Part shown: one piece after another, positions 25,537-40,520 of the stretch
How the letters are laid out: the number at the start of each line of letters is the position of its first letter
Position numbering within the stretch: the stretch's first letter is position 1
Assembly: GCA_032718475.1 (NCBI GenBank)
Contig: JAUCBJ010008896.1
Location: 202,330-266,329, forward strand
Length of the DNA: 64,000 nucleotides
Source: Nemertoderma westbladi
Lineage: Eukaryota; Animalia; Xenacoelomorpha
Direction: 5' to 3'
Translations under genes and position numbers: made by a program
Notes under the pieces: generated by a model
Databases searched by the model: none
What the model was told of the DNA's origin: nothing
The model's input: the letters and a program-made list of their open reading frames with translations, nothing else

Positions 25537-27645
25537 GATTGATTGATTGATTGTTTATTGTCAGCACAGTAATACATTTATATACATTATTACACCAATA
25601 AAAACATAATACAAGATAAGATCAATGTAGTGCAGACCGTGGGTAAAATAAATAATTATACATTCGAATATAGGCCGTGTGAGACTGATAAGTACGTACA
25701 TAGTAGATTATGTCATTAAAATAGCACAATAAGTTAATAAGGGAGGATATATAAATAAATAATTAATCCACAAATAACTAGCGCCTCGTGAGTGTCCTTC
25801 AAAAATTACAATAGATCAATAAATTATCGAAGCGTAAAATTCAATAATCATTCCCCATTTGGTAAATCATTTTTGCTACATTTATTTGGTCGTCCATGTC
25901 AAATAGGGTGGTCAGATCGTTCCAGTTACCTTTAACCGATAATCTAGATTCCGCCGTTTTTGGGCACACGGTGATGATGTGTTCCTCCGTCTGAACTGCT
26001 CCACATCCACACATTCGATTATCCGGTTTTACTCTCGCCCATCTCATTTTTTCGACTGGAAAGTTATGGCTCCCCAGACGAAACCGGGACCACGCGATTC
26101 GGTGACGTTCTGGAACGTTACAGTTGTTGTAAAGAGGTGGCGGTGACAATGTCGGATTCATCAACTTGTAGAGATGCCGTTTCGTGGTCTTAGATTTAGA
26201 GACACGGTCTTTAAGTAATTCGTTTTGTTTTCTAATGTAGTTCAATGGAATTGATTTAGAGCGTTCCATTTCAGAATACATCGGAGTGTTATTTTCTCTA
26301 GCGATTTCCAGAGCAGTTTGTAAGGGAGAATCATCGACTGGTTTAAATTTTATGAGATACTTCCTCTGTTTATCGCGAATTAGGGACTCAAATTCTGGGA
26401 GGTCGAGTTCGATTAGGCATAATTCCCCGCATGTGGTTGGTCGTACACCTAATAATAAACGAACCAAGGACATATATATTTTAGATATAGGTGCTAGGGA
26501 TCCGCCGAACCATGTTTCACAGCCATATGTGATTGAGGATAAAACAGCTGCTTCGAATACTTTCCGTTTTATAACAAATGGGAGATCGGGGTTTTTACTG
26601 ATAAAAGTAGAGAACTTGAGAAGATGGCACTGTTTCTCGGAGGCGTGTAGTGCGATCGCTGTTGAGATTGCACCATCAGCCGAAATTGGCGAGCCCAGGT
26701 AAGTGTAGGAATCCGTGTGTTCGATTTGTTTGTCTCCGATGGAAAATGCACGCTTGTCACAGTCGTTTCCATTTATAACTATAAATTTAGTTTTTTTGAT
26801 ATTTATAATCATCCCAGACTGGGAGCAAAAGACTTTCAGAACGTTTAATTTCTCAATTATTTTATCTCTGGTTGTACCGAGTATGGCTGTGTCATCCATC
26901 AGTAAAATGCTATGAAGCTTTTTCAACCAATCGTCCCATGGTAAATTTCGTAGTGCTCGTACAAAAAAATCTATTACAATTACAAATAGGAAACCGCTTC
27001 CTGGGGAACCCTGACGGACTCCTTTGTTACAAATTACACGAAGATTGTTAATATTGGCAATAGTTAACTTGTACATCGCTTGGAGGCAGCTGAGCATCTT
27101 ATTACCACATCCTAAACTTTTTAATGTTTGGAACATGAAGGTCCTCTTGACGTTGTCGTATGCTTTCTCGTAGTCCACGAATGTAATATAGAGGATTTTC
27201 TTATACACTTTGGCATAATCACACAGGATACGAATAGCTAGGATCTGTTCAATGCAACCACGCCCTTTACTTGCCCCAGCCTGTTCTGGGAGCGGTTTAT
27301 ACCATGAATGGAGTCTAACAGTGAGCACCGTGTCAAAAAGCTTTGGTAAGCAGTTCATTATACTGATGCCTCTGTAATTAGTTGGTAAGAAACGGCAGCC
27401 CTTTTTGAAAATAGATATCAGTGTAGCGTGGGCCCACATTACTGGGTAGATTCCTGAATTAAAAACTAAATTAAATAGCAGAGATATAGAAATTAACCAA
27501 TTAAGTGGGAGCGCTTTGATGTAATCTGCAGAGAAGACCATCTGGCCCTGAAGCCTTACGTGAACTCAATTTTGAAGCAGCAGCTGCAACTTCGTTAATT
27601 GATATCTCTTCATCTAATAGTGGTATTGACAAATTTGTTGTAATG
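25537..27645 (-). mobile_element. 5'-truncated RTEX-like LINE with (CAAT)n tail
   Basis: ORF 25841-27541: NYRGISI, FVDYEKAYD, GVRQG, LMDD, YLG, RFRLGSH..CGC..EEH..C. AATAAA and (caat)n at 25537-25560 on the minus strand. Confidence 0.88.
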
Positions 27646-27663
27646 TTGTGAGGGAGAAGTGGC

Positions 27664-29597
27664 CTCACTCACTCACTCTCTCACTCTCTCAATCTCTCAC
27701 TCTCTCACTCTCTCACTCTCTCACTCTCTCAATCTCTCACTCTCTCACTCTCTCACTCTCTCACTCTCTCACTCCCTCACTCCCTCACTCCCTCACTCCC
27801 TCACTCCCTCACTCCCTCACTCCCTCACTCCCTCACTCCCTCACTCCATCACTCCCTCACTCACTCACTCACTCACTCACTCACTCACTCACTCCCTCAC
27901 TCCCTCACTCACTCACTCACTCACTCACTCACTCACTCACTCACTCACTCACTCCCTCACTCACTCACTCACTCACTCCCTCACTCCCTCACTCCCTCAC
28001 TCCCTCACTCCCTCACTCCCTCACTCCCTCACTCACTCACTCACTCACTCCCTCACTCCCTCACTCCCTCACTCCCTCACTCACTCACTCACTCACTCAC
28101 TCACTCACTCACTCACTCACTCACTCACTCACTCACTCACTCACTCACTCTCTCACTCTCTCACTCTCTCACTCCCTCACTCCCTCACTCCCTCACTCCC
28201 TCACTCCCTCACTCCCTCACACCCTCACTCCCTCACTCCCTCACTCCCTCACTCCCTCACTCCCTCACTCACTCACTCACTCACTCACTCACTCACTCAC
28301 TCACTCACTCACTCACTCACTCACTCACTCCCTCACTCCCTCACTCCCTCACTCACTCACTCACTCACTCACTCACTCACTCACTCACTCACTCACTCAC
28401 TCACTCACTCACTCACTCACTCACTCACTCACTCACTCACTCACTCACTCACTCACTCACTCACTCACTCACTCACTCACTCACTCACTCCCTCACTCCC
28501 TCACTCCCTCACTCCCTCACTCCCTCACTCCCTCACTCCCTCACTCCCTCACTCCCTCACTCCCTCACTCCCTCACTCCCTCACTCCCTCACTCCCTCAC
28601 TCCCTCACTCCCTCACTCCCTCACTCCCTCACTCCCTCACTCCCTCACTCCCTCACTCCCTCACTCCCTCACTCCCTCACTCCCTCACTCCCTCACTCCC
28701 TCACTCCCTCACTCCCTCACTCCCTCACTCCCTCAATCCCTCACTCCCTCACTCCCTCACTCACTCACTCACTCTCTCACTCACTCACTCACTCACTCAC
28801 TCACTCACTCACTCCCTCCCTCACTCCCTCACTCCCTCACTCCCTCACTCCCTCACTCCCTCACTCCCTCACTCCCTCACTCCCTCACTCCCTCACTCCC
28901 TCACTCCCTCACTCCCTCACTCCCTCACTCACTCACTCACTCACTCCCTCACTCCCTCACTCCCTCACTCCCTCACTCACTCACTCACTCACTCACTCAC
29001 TCACTCACTCACTCACTCACTCACTCACTCACTCACTCACTCACTCACTCACTCACTCACTCACTCACTCACTCACTCACTCACTCACTCACTCACTCAC
29101 TCACTCCCACCCTCACTCCCTCACTCCCTCATTCCCTCACTCACTCCCTCACTCCCTCACTCCCTCACTCCCTCACTCACTCACTCACTCACTCACTCAC
29201 TCACTCACTCACTCACTCACTCACTCACTCACTCACTCACTCACTCACTCACTCACTCACTCACTCACTCACTCACACACTCACTCACTCACTCACTCAC
29301 TCACTCCATCACTCACTCACTCCATCACTCACTCACTCCCTCCTTCACTCCCTCACTCCCTCACTCCCTCACTCCCTCACTCCCTCACTCCCTCAATCCC
29401 TCACTCCCTCACTCCCTCACTCCCCCACTCCCTCTCTCCCTCAATCCCTCACCCCCTCACTCCCTCATTCCCTCACTTACTCACTCCCTCACTCCCACCC
29501 TCACTCCCTCACTCCCTCACTCACTCCCTCACTCCCTCACTCCCTCACTCCCTCAATCCTTCAATCCCGCACCCCATCACTCCCTCACTCACTCCCT

Positions 29598-29670
<73 letters not shown>

Positions 29671-29720
29671 CCCTCACTCCCTCCCTCCCTCCCTCCCTCC
29701 CTCCCCCACTCCTGCCTCAC
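27664..29720 (+). repeat. (CTCA)n/(CTCACTCC)n/(CT)n microsatellite
   Basis: Direct inspection. Confidence 0.97.
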
Positions 29721-31122
<1,402 letters not shown>

Positions 31123-32196
31123 ATTAAAACACTTCTTATTAGTGAATGTTTTCGCCCTAACCGGGCTACTTCAGACTATAATGCAGTATTAGGAATGTAT
31201 ATAGTTAAAATTATTGCATCCCACCACCAAATCAATATTCCCTCTCTTTTATAATATTGGGTTCTGTCATAAACTAATAAGGGTACGTAAATAGCATAAA
31301 TGGAGAGAAATAGAAATATATATACAGTAGTTTAACTAGAACTATCATTATTAAATAAGGAACAGAAACATCATTAAATGAAAATAAAGTAAATACCAGA
31401 TATAGACTAGTTAGTTAGGTTATACAGTAGGCTTTAGAGATAGCATGGTTACTTCCAACGTATTGTGCACAAATACAAAACAGAAACCTCCGGATGGTGA
31501 AAAACGCAGAGTACAACGGCATTAATAGTAATAGATCTATGCGCAAATAGACAAAAACACAATAAAAATATACTTATAATGTGTACAGTAGGGTGAGAAA
31601 ACGGTTTATGGTAAGGTTATTAAATGTCAAAAAATTGAAAAATTAATTCAATGATACAGTATATATTGTCCAATTGGATTGACAACCAAAAATATAGAAT
31701 ACAATAAACAAATTATAAGACAGCATGATACACTACCTACTAATTGTTGGTGCTGGCGTACATAGCAGACTCAATATTCACAAAGAGAACTATAATCAGT
31801 ACAGTGATTTACTGAGGTACCATTGACAGTTAAAATTTCGCGGTCTGAGGAACGCCATGTAAAACAAAAAAATTAATATTTTTTACATTAATGCACATCC
31901 CTGAACTATCACAAAAATACAAAGACAATAATAATAGTGCGGTTTATACGTTGTGGTAAAAGGCAAATATCGAAATCGAGAAATGTTACCCTTACAACAA
32001 AAAGCAAGTATCGAAATATAATGTGTATCGAAATCCCATTATACTGTTAGTGTGTTGTACAAACAATCCTTATGGCGAAAGGTTAATATTGAAGACGAAA
32101 TATATAATGTGTTTAAGGGTATATGCGCTATACAGTACACGGTATTAAATAGGGTTTAGAATAATAGGGTCTAATCAATCCATTCCAAACTAATGA

Positions 32197-32460
32197 TCAG
32201 CCCCACACCTCTTCTCCCCATGCCGCTGGCCGTTTAATCTCTTCTTCTTTCGAATTTTCGAAAAGGGAACTCCTATTCCTATACTCGCAATATTTTATGT
32301 GGTGTTCCCTTTCGGCTTCTCTGAAGCTGTGTGCATTTTCAAATGGGCATTGTACCATTTTTTTGCTAGGAAAGTTCTTCCGACACTTTCTTATATGTTT
32401 CACATATTTCTCTGAAAGAATCCTATGTGTGGCATCGTATGGGCATATAAGATAATCCAT
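32197..32460 (-). CDS. Gtsf1: GTSF1-like double CHHC protein, 87 aa
   Basis: CPYDATH..KHIRKCRKNFP, CPFENAH..HHIKYC, AAWGEEVWG; close paralog of 22126. Confidence 0.88.
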   Translation of the reverse strand: MDYLICPYDATHRILSEKYVKHIRKCRKNFPSKKMVQCPFENAHSFREAEREHHIKYCEYRNRSSLFENSKEEEIKRPAAWGEEVWG

Positions 32461-32873
32461 AGTGCCAAAAAGAGAAATTTAATAGGATTTAATTTAAAAG
32501 AAAACTTTGTTTTGGAAAACTTAACTTTAACGTTTTTTAGAGATAATGATTTAACTTGATATGATTTTTATTTATATAGAAAGGTCCACCTTAACATTTC
32601 AAACAAGGCCGTAGTTTTTGGCATGGCATGCGTGAGGGATTAAGCAGTACATAAAACTGCGGTAGTAGAGGCGGTTGAGGATTAATTTAATGGAGACAAC
32701 ATATCAAATATGTCTGTCCTTCCCATTGTCCCTATAGCTCGCATTAGCTCTATTGCTCCCAAAACTACAATAAATTGCATTAATTAATAAAGATTTTAAT
32801 AATAATATTTTTACAGTACTAAACCAAACCAAAACAAAACAAACTAAACTAAACCAAACCTAGTCCATCAGTC

Positions 32874-33206
32874 TCAATCCCAAGCTTCTTCTCTCCATTC
32901 CGTCGGCCATTCGCATTGTTCTTGTTCTTGTTGTACTTTTCCCTCATTCTCTCCATATTGATTCTTTAACTCTTTCTCAATTCTGAACTCATGAGCTTGC
33001 CAACATAGTGGTAACCCATTCCTATAATGACAATTCTTTATGTGAAACTCCTTTTCTTCTTTTGGAAAACTGTGCACTGGATCGTTGGGGCACTCTTTGA
33101 CAAACTCAACCCCCGGCTTTCTACATATTATTAGATGCCTAAGCACTCGAGCATCGGCGACTCTGTGGGAAGGGTTGTAAGGACATATTTGATATGTCAC
33201 CTCCAT
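32874..33206 (-). CDS. Gtsf1: GTSF1-like double CHHC protein, 110 aa (divergent paralog)
   Basis: CPYNPSH..RHLIICRK, CPNDPVH..FHIKNC, tail EWPTEWREEAWD. Confidence 0.85.
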   Translation of the reverse strand: MEVTYQICPYNPSHRVADARVLRHLIICRKPGVEFVKECPNDPVHSFPKEEKEFHIKNCHYRNGLPLCWQAHEFRIEKELKNQYGENEGKVQQEQEQCEWPTEWREEAWD

Positions 33207-34157
33207 TGTTAGTTTCTATATTTAAGAATAACGTGTTGTAGAATAAGAATAAGAATAAGATTTTACTAGGAATATTAAGAAGTTTTACTAAGGCAGTAAA
33301 AACAATTAAGATTTAACTTTACGTGATTTTTATTTATATAGAAAAATCCACCTTAACATTTAGCACACCACAAACAAGGCCGTAGTTTTAGGTATGGTAT
33401 GGCAAGCACTAGGGATTATGCATTACTTCAAACATAAAACTACAGTATCTAGTATAGAGATGGTTGGGGATTATTTTAACATATGGTTTTTTGGGTAGGG
33501 CTAATACTTGGAGCGTGCGATCATGCGTGCAGGATGCTTCATAAAGTACAATGTGAAAGAATTCAATCTATTGCAAACCAGATGTTTATTGTAATTTTCT
33601 CAGACGATTTGACAATGGTCTACATGATAACGAAGCTGGAGGTTTGAATAATTTAAAATTCGTGGCAGCCCCATGTTGGCATACAGTATAACTCAACATA
33701 GGATTCAATGGGATTAGTCATGCTACGTCTAATAAGAGCCCAAACAGTCTCAGATTATTGGGGGACTGAGCCAAGGCCAAACTGGCCCACATATTTTCCT
33801 GAAACGGTAATTTATGTTTTTGGCCCCGCTCGCATCTTTATATTTCATTCTATCATTCTATTGTACGAAAAAAATAATACAAATGTACTGTATATTGTAT
33901 TGTATGGTACCTATTGTATTGTATATTTTATCTACTGTACCTACTGTAGTACTACTATCTATTCATTGCGCGTCCCATGTCTGATTGATTTGTGTCAAAT
34001 TAAATTGCCTTTGACAACATTATTTGATTCAAATCGATCGATTAAACAATTAATTAATTGTTTAATCGACCAATTAATTAATTAATTAATGACCTACTTA
34101 ACACCTAAGGTGTGAAGTTGGTCCAACTGTCGCAGAAAAGGGGTAACCATTACTACT

Positions 34158-35538
34158 CAGTACTATTTGGATAATGACAGCCCAATTTATATTTGTTTTA
34201 TAGACTCTTCTAAAGCCTTCGACTTAGTTAATCACTATGAATTATTCTCTAAATTAGTTGATCGCAATATTTCTACTTTTCATATTAGGATTATCAGGTA
34301 TTGGTATCGTTTTCAAACTCTTACTTTACTTTGGGGCAGGTGCACTTCTAGTAGTTTTACGGTAACAAACGGGACAAAACAAGGGGGGATTCTATCTGGT
34401 TATCTGTATGCTGTTTACGTAGACGACCTTAGTAGGGAACTTAACAATACTAATGTAGGTTGTCAACTTAATAACCGTAGGTGTAAGTAATCACTTAATG
34501 TACACTGATGACCTGTCTTTAGTTTCTAATTCCATAGCTGGTCTTAGAAAACTTATTGATACTTACATAGACTTTGCAGATAGGCACTCCATCATTATAA
34601 ATATTAAGAAATCTAAGTTCATGACCTATACACCAAAATTATACAATTTATATATATATATATAGCCTTGTAGATGGTATCAGTATTTAATGGTAAATCA
34701 ATAGAAACTGTAAGTAAATACAAGTACTTAGGCCATACTTTCCACAACACAACTGATGACAATTATAATATCCTTAACCAACTGTCAAGTCTTTATAGAA
34801 GAGGAAACTTTTTAATACGTAAATTTAGCTATTGCTCAAAAATTGTCAACATAAAACTTTTCAGGTCACTTTGCACTCAGATCTACTGTAACTCCCTATG
34901 GGCGAGAAGTAATTTTTCACTCTCCATATATAGTAAATTCCGCATTGCATATAATAATATTATTAGAAAACTTTTTGGTTTTAGTTACGATTCCAGCGTA
35001 TCTTACATGTGTGGTATACTGAATGTACCCAAATTAGTACATATCTGTCACAATGCGCAGAAATCATTATTGAGATGCATGAGATCATCAGAGAATAGCC
35101 TTGTACAGTCAGTTGCCTTAGAAACGCTTCAAACGAGTCACATATTTGGTATAAGTCTGTGCAGGGAATAATTTGCTTACAGTTCTTATATTGTTATGTG
35201 TTATGTTATAGTTATTTTATTGTCCTTTGTTCTAATATTATATATTTTCCATAATTATACCTATTATACCCTCTATATTTATTATATTATATACTTACAC
35301 CCTTTTAGTATAAATTTCTAGTATAAATAATACTTAACATTTGCATTTATTTTTATTTTTTTTTTTTGTCCTTGCTCGGATATTTTCTTGTTTCCCTTCC
35401 GTTGTAATTATTACCTATTATATTATATTATAATTATTATGTTATAATTATACTACAAATATTATTATCTAGCCACTGGGATTTTACTGTACTATATGGG
35501 CTATGTATGCCTGGATTAAAGATTAATAATAATAATAA
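34158..35538 (+). mobile_element. CR1/L2-group LINE, right piece with 3' UTR and (AAT)n tail
   Basis: FIDSSKAFDLV, NGTKQGGILS, YTDDL, KYLGH, RIAYNN; ends gattaataataataataa, where polB resumes. Confidence 0.85.
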
Positions 35539-36846
35539 ACATTTAGAGAATGCAATTCCAGAAGAACTAATCAAGTACTTGGTAGATTTAGACATTGACG
35601 GATCTACTGGATATTTCTTAATATGTGATTTAAGATACCCCAAAGCTATTCACAATCAAACATTAGAATTACTGTTAGCACCTGAGCATTTAAGTATAAA
35701 CGAGTCAATGCTTTCACCATATATGAGAGAACAATTTAATAACTTATCTAAACAAAGAGGTACTAATAACAAATATAAGATATGTACACCAAAACTCATG
35801 CTGACACAATTTGATAAAGAATTTTATCATTTACATTTGAAACTCTTAAATTCGATATAAAACAAGGATTAATTGTTACTAAGCTATATAAATTACATTC
35901 TTTCCATCAAGAATTTGTATTTAAAGCTTACATAGATTTTAATATTAATCAAAGACATTTTTAGCAAAAACTTACATTGAAACAGCTGTTGCAAAGCTGC
36001 TGAATAACAGTCTCTTTGGAAAAACAATAGAAAAAATAATGGATCGATATAATTTCTGTATTGCCAATAGCAATGATAAATGCGATCAATTGATCAAACG
36101 TATTAATCATGAAAAATGTATAATATATAATAATACATTATCAGGTCATTTATTAGGAAAAGATAGTGTGACACTTGATAAGCCTATTTTTATTGGTAGC
36201 ATGGTGTTGGATTTAGTCAACATAGTCAGTTTGGATATAGGATGAGCTTTACTACGATAGATTACTTCCAATAGAGAAAGAATTAAACTGTTGAATAAAG
36301 CTTGTTGCATCAGATAGACTCTTTAATAGGTTGTTATTATAATACATCGCAGAGAAATTTTTTAAAAGCATTAATTAAAAATAATATTTTAGATACCTCC
36401 AATTACCCTATAGATCACCTGATAAAAATAAATCAAAACTTTATTACTGTAAAGATGAACTAGCCTCACGCGAAATTAAACAAACAGTATTTTTAAGCCA
36501 AAGTTATATTCAATTTTGGAATGGAATAATATAAATATTCGCCGAGCAAAAGGTATAACAAGAGCTGTTGTGGAAACGAATATTACTCATAAAGAATATT
36601 TAAACGCATATAACACAAATGAAGAAATAAAAAAAAATACACAGATTTCAATCTAAATTACATCATATTTATACTTTAAAGCAAAATAAATTTGAACTCA
36701 GTAGCTTTGATGATAAACTTTATTGGCTTAATAAAAATCAATCACTTCCTTGGGGGCACTATAAAACAAAGCTTAAAAAACCTATAAAAAAATCAAATAT
36801 ACCAATTTATGAAGAACCAGAGGATGAATTATCAAATAATGAATAA
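35539..36846 (+). pseudogene. polB: pPolB, 3' part
   Basis: GYFLICDLRYPK, LAPEH, KLLNNSLFGKT (motif B), KPIFIG..VLDL, AKGI, LSSFDDK. Confidence 0.88.
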
Positions 36847-37164
36847 AAATATAAGTTGTAAGCAGATCATTTATGGACTTAATTTAAAAGAATTAAAAAA
36901 TCAATTGCCAGGTAAAATTATACTCAAACCGAATCAGTTTATATATAAGGTATTTGGACCGTAATCTATAGGTTACTTATAAACAATATCGGGTTTTATG
37001 TTATATTTGATAATGTCAAACTAGAAATTTCATACGAGCCAGAAATATTCAATAACTGTAAAGTCAGAATAAATAATACTGTTGTTGTTTGCTGTTTTTA
37101 TACCGGTAAATGTACATTAATGTGTTCACCTTCTAATTTTCATATATATTATATATTATACTAG
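36839..37164 (+). pseudogene. Degenerate TBP-fold-like ORF
   Basis: LINNIGFYVIFDNVKLEISYEPEIF..VCCFYTGKCTL resembles the TBP repeat (IQN.V..LE..SYEPELF..IF.SGK..L). Confidence 0.5.
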
Positions 37165-37484
37165 ATTATACTAACTATATTATACTAATATACGTGTAGC
37201 GTATATTAGACTGATTTGAATATATAGGCCGGCTACCGGTTTTACGGCAGTCTGGTTAGATTGGACTGGCAGAACCGTTCCATCATTACATATGGCGCAG
37301 TTTCAGTACTTACCTACTTGCCCATGCAGTACTGCACTTTGTACACGGCCTAACTCACAACTCTGCAATTGCTACCGCACTTTATTCATATTACCTTAAT
37401 AAATAATATCGGCAATTAATTTCGTAATAAACTATTTCTGTATTTGCTGATACCGTGATACGGATATTTGATATTGGATAGGCT

Positions 37485-40400
37485 ATGGCAAGAGCAAACG
37501 ACAACCGCGACCCATTCTCCTTCATTCTACGAAACTCGCCACCCCCATTCGACCTGGAATCGGAATGCTCCACCTGGGAGCTGTGGCAAGACGAGTGGGA
37601 CACTTTCCTTGTCACCTCTGGACTTGGAAACTTACACGTCACTGACTCAGCCGATCCACCTGACCCAACCGTATCGGCAGCTCTTCTAGCGGCAACAAAC
37701 CGCATACGGCGGGCAACTCTGACCACCGCCTTCTCCCGCGCAACGAACGCAGTCGTCAAGGGTTTGGGCCTGTCCGCCATCGACAACGCAGACACCGATG
37801 TTATCATCCAACATCTCGGCGTCCATATCGACGGCGGGACCAATAAACGCATCCACCGGCAGGAACTGTCGCGCCGATCCCGCCTACTTGAGGAAACTCC
37901 TGAGACATTCCTAGTTAACCTCCGGGATATCGCTTCGAAATGCGGATTCGAGGCACTCCCGACTCCGGATGCCCATCGCAACGACAGACTGCTCGACCAA
38001 TTTATCGCCGGCTTCGGCGATAAAGAGGTTACTGAGCACCTACTCTGGCTCCCCGCAGGAAGTTCGATCACCGATGCCCTCAACCTCGCCCAAACCGTGT
38101 GGACCGCGCGGAAGGATGCAGCCTCACTCTCCTTCTCCTCCACACCGGCACCTACGGCAGCTAAGGCGGAGGCAAAGTCGGATAAACGACGGAAAGGGAA
38201 CCGGAGCCCTCGCTCCAACGCTATCCCAACAGGCCTGACCTGCACCAAATGCGGCTATCCCCCACACGGACCGGGCCAATGTTGCCCCGGTACGGACGCG
38301 CGGTGCCGCCACTGTAAACTGGTCGGACACTACGACAGGATGTGTCCCAGACCCTTCCCCCCACAGGCCCACGCAGCGGCCGCACCCCCGGCACCATGCT
38401 ACATGGAGGACCACACCGCAACCAACAATGCCAAAGTCTGGTCGGTCCTGGTTGGAACCGAACTCGAGAACGCCCCGGTTGTTTCATCAACCGAACAACT
38501 CGAATCACTAGAGACCGTCACCCTGGGCTTCCAAGTCTACAAGAACCCGGCATTTGGAATTCCGGAACTCCAGTTTCTTTCGGACTCTGGGGCCAACATC
38601 TCGGCTATTCCGTTCTGGTTATTCACCGCGTTTGGTGGACAGATCGGAAACCTCCGCAAACCCTTCCCCAATCCACAAGCCCCGAAACTCGCCAACGGCA
38701 GCCGGACTGGATGGGAATTCAAGGGACTGTTCACCGCTACGATCCAGTGCCACGACCTCCACACCGCCTGTACAACCGACATCTGGGTGCTGGAGGGACT
38801 CCAGCAGCCACTCCTGTCCCGCAAGTCCTGCTTTACCCTAAGGATTCTCAGCAGCCCAATCCTTAGAGGCGGGTCGCCTGCACCCCCTGTCGTGGCGTCC
38901 TCCACAGGCCCCACCACACCGCCACCGACAGAGCTTACTACCCCATCCAAAGCTACAATTACCACACCCACCGTAGACCGTGATATAGCTTGGCGGGCCC
39001 TGGAAACCCGCTTCCCGCGCCCCCTATCGGGTGTCTGCAGGGTGATGAAGGGTGGGGACATTACTATCAAACTCACTCTGGGCGCGAAACCTAAAAACTC
39101 ATACGCCAATAGGGCCATCCCAGCGAACCTAGAGGAGGCCTTCAACAGGGAACTGGATGAACAGGTGGCCATGGGGATTCTAGAACCAGCCAACGACGAA
39201 AACTGCCCCAGCGACTGGCTGAGCCCCATGGTTATTACCCGTAAAAAAGATGGTGAATCGGTCCGAATTACCGTCGACCTCCGGGAACTCAACCTGAACA
39301 CCGTCCGCCCAACCTACTTCTCCCCATCCCCGTTCCATGTCGTTTCGCGGATCCCGCCCACCGCCGGTGTATTCACCGTTATAGACGGATTAAAGGGGTT
39401 CCACCAGGTCAACTTGGACCCCCGGAGTCGGGGTCTTACAACATTCATCACACCGCGAGGCCGCTACCGCTACTGCCGCATGCCCATGGGCTGGCACGGC
39501 AGCTCGGATTTTTTTAATGCCCGCATGGCCCATGCACTCCGGGGGATCCCCAACATCGGCCGCATCGTGGAGGACATTATAATTTACACGGAAATAGCGG
39601 AGGAACACAACAACGCAGTAGCCAAAGTCCTGACTGCCTGCGACGAGGCCGATATATCCATAAACCCGAAGAAGGTGCAGTTCTGCCTTCCAGAGGTTAA
39701 ATTCGGTGGATATATCGTCTCCAAAGGGCAATACCACATCGACCCAGACCTCACCGAGGACCTCCGCCAATTCCCGGTCCCCACGAACCGACACCAACTT
39801 CGGTCGTTCTTCGGCCTAGCCCAACAGTTGGGCAACTCCACGGCCGAGATCACCCGCCTCGTGGAACCACTACGTGGGTTGAACTCAAGCCGCACAGCTT
39901 GGTTGTGGCTCCCCGAACACCAGGCGGCGTTCGAGGCCACCCGGTCCGCGCTGTCTGCCCCCCACTACTTGTCCGGTTTCCAGCTGGACCGCAGAACCGA
40001 GCTGCTCACCAACGCCTCCTATCTCAACGGACTTGGTTTCCTCCTCCGGCAGTGGGATTCGGCCATGAACCGCTGGCTAACGGTCCAGTGCGGCTCCCGG
40101 ACCCTCGCCAAACACGAGGCCAACTGGTCCGGGATGGCCGAGCTGGAGGCCCTCGGGGCGGCCTGGGCGGCCCACAAGTGCCGCTACTTTCTCGACGGCC
40201 TCTGTCATTTCGATCTCGTAACCGACTGCAGCCCCCTGATACCGATTCTAAACGAGCGACGGTTGGATCAAGTCACGAATGACTGGTTATTAAAACTCAA
40301 AACGGCTTTATCACGGTTTTCCTTCACCGCCCGACACCAGAAGGGGGCTAAACACGTGGTTGCTGATGCCTTCTCCCGGGCCGCAATCCACCCCCCGGTC

Positions 40401-40520
40401 CCCACCGACTTAATCCTGACCCAGGAAGACGAGACGGACCGCGAATACATAATAAATGCGGCCATCGGCGCGATCCCAACCCTCGACTCCCGGGACGCCT
40501 GTCTCCAGGTAATTCGTGAG
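37485..40520 (+). CDS. Gag-Pol (Gag with CCHC, protease, RT, RNase H)
   Basis: CRHCKLVGHYDRMC, LSDSGANIS, VRITVDLRELN, RMPMG, IVEDIII, LRSFFGL, TNAS, ELEAL, ADAFSR. Confidence 0.9.
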
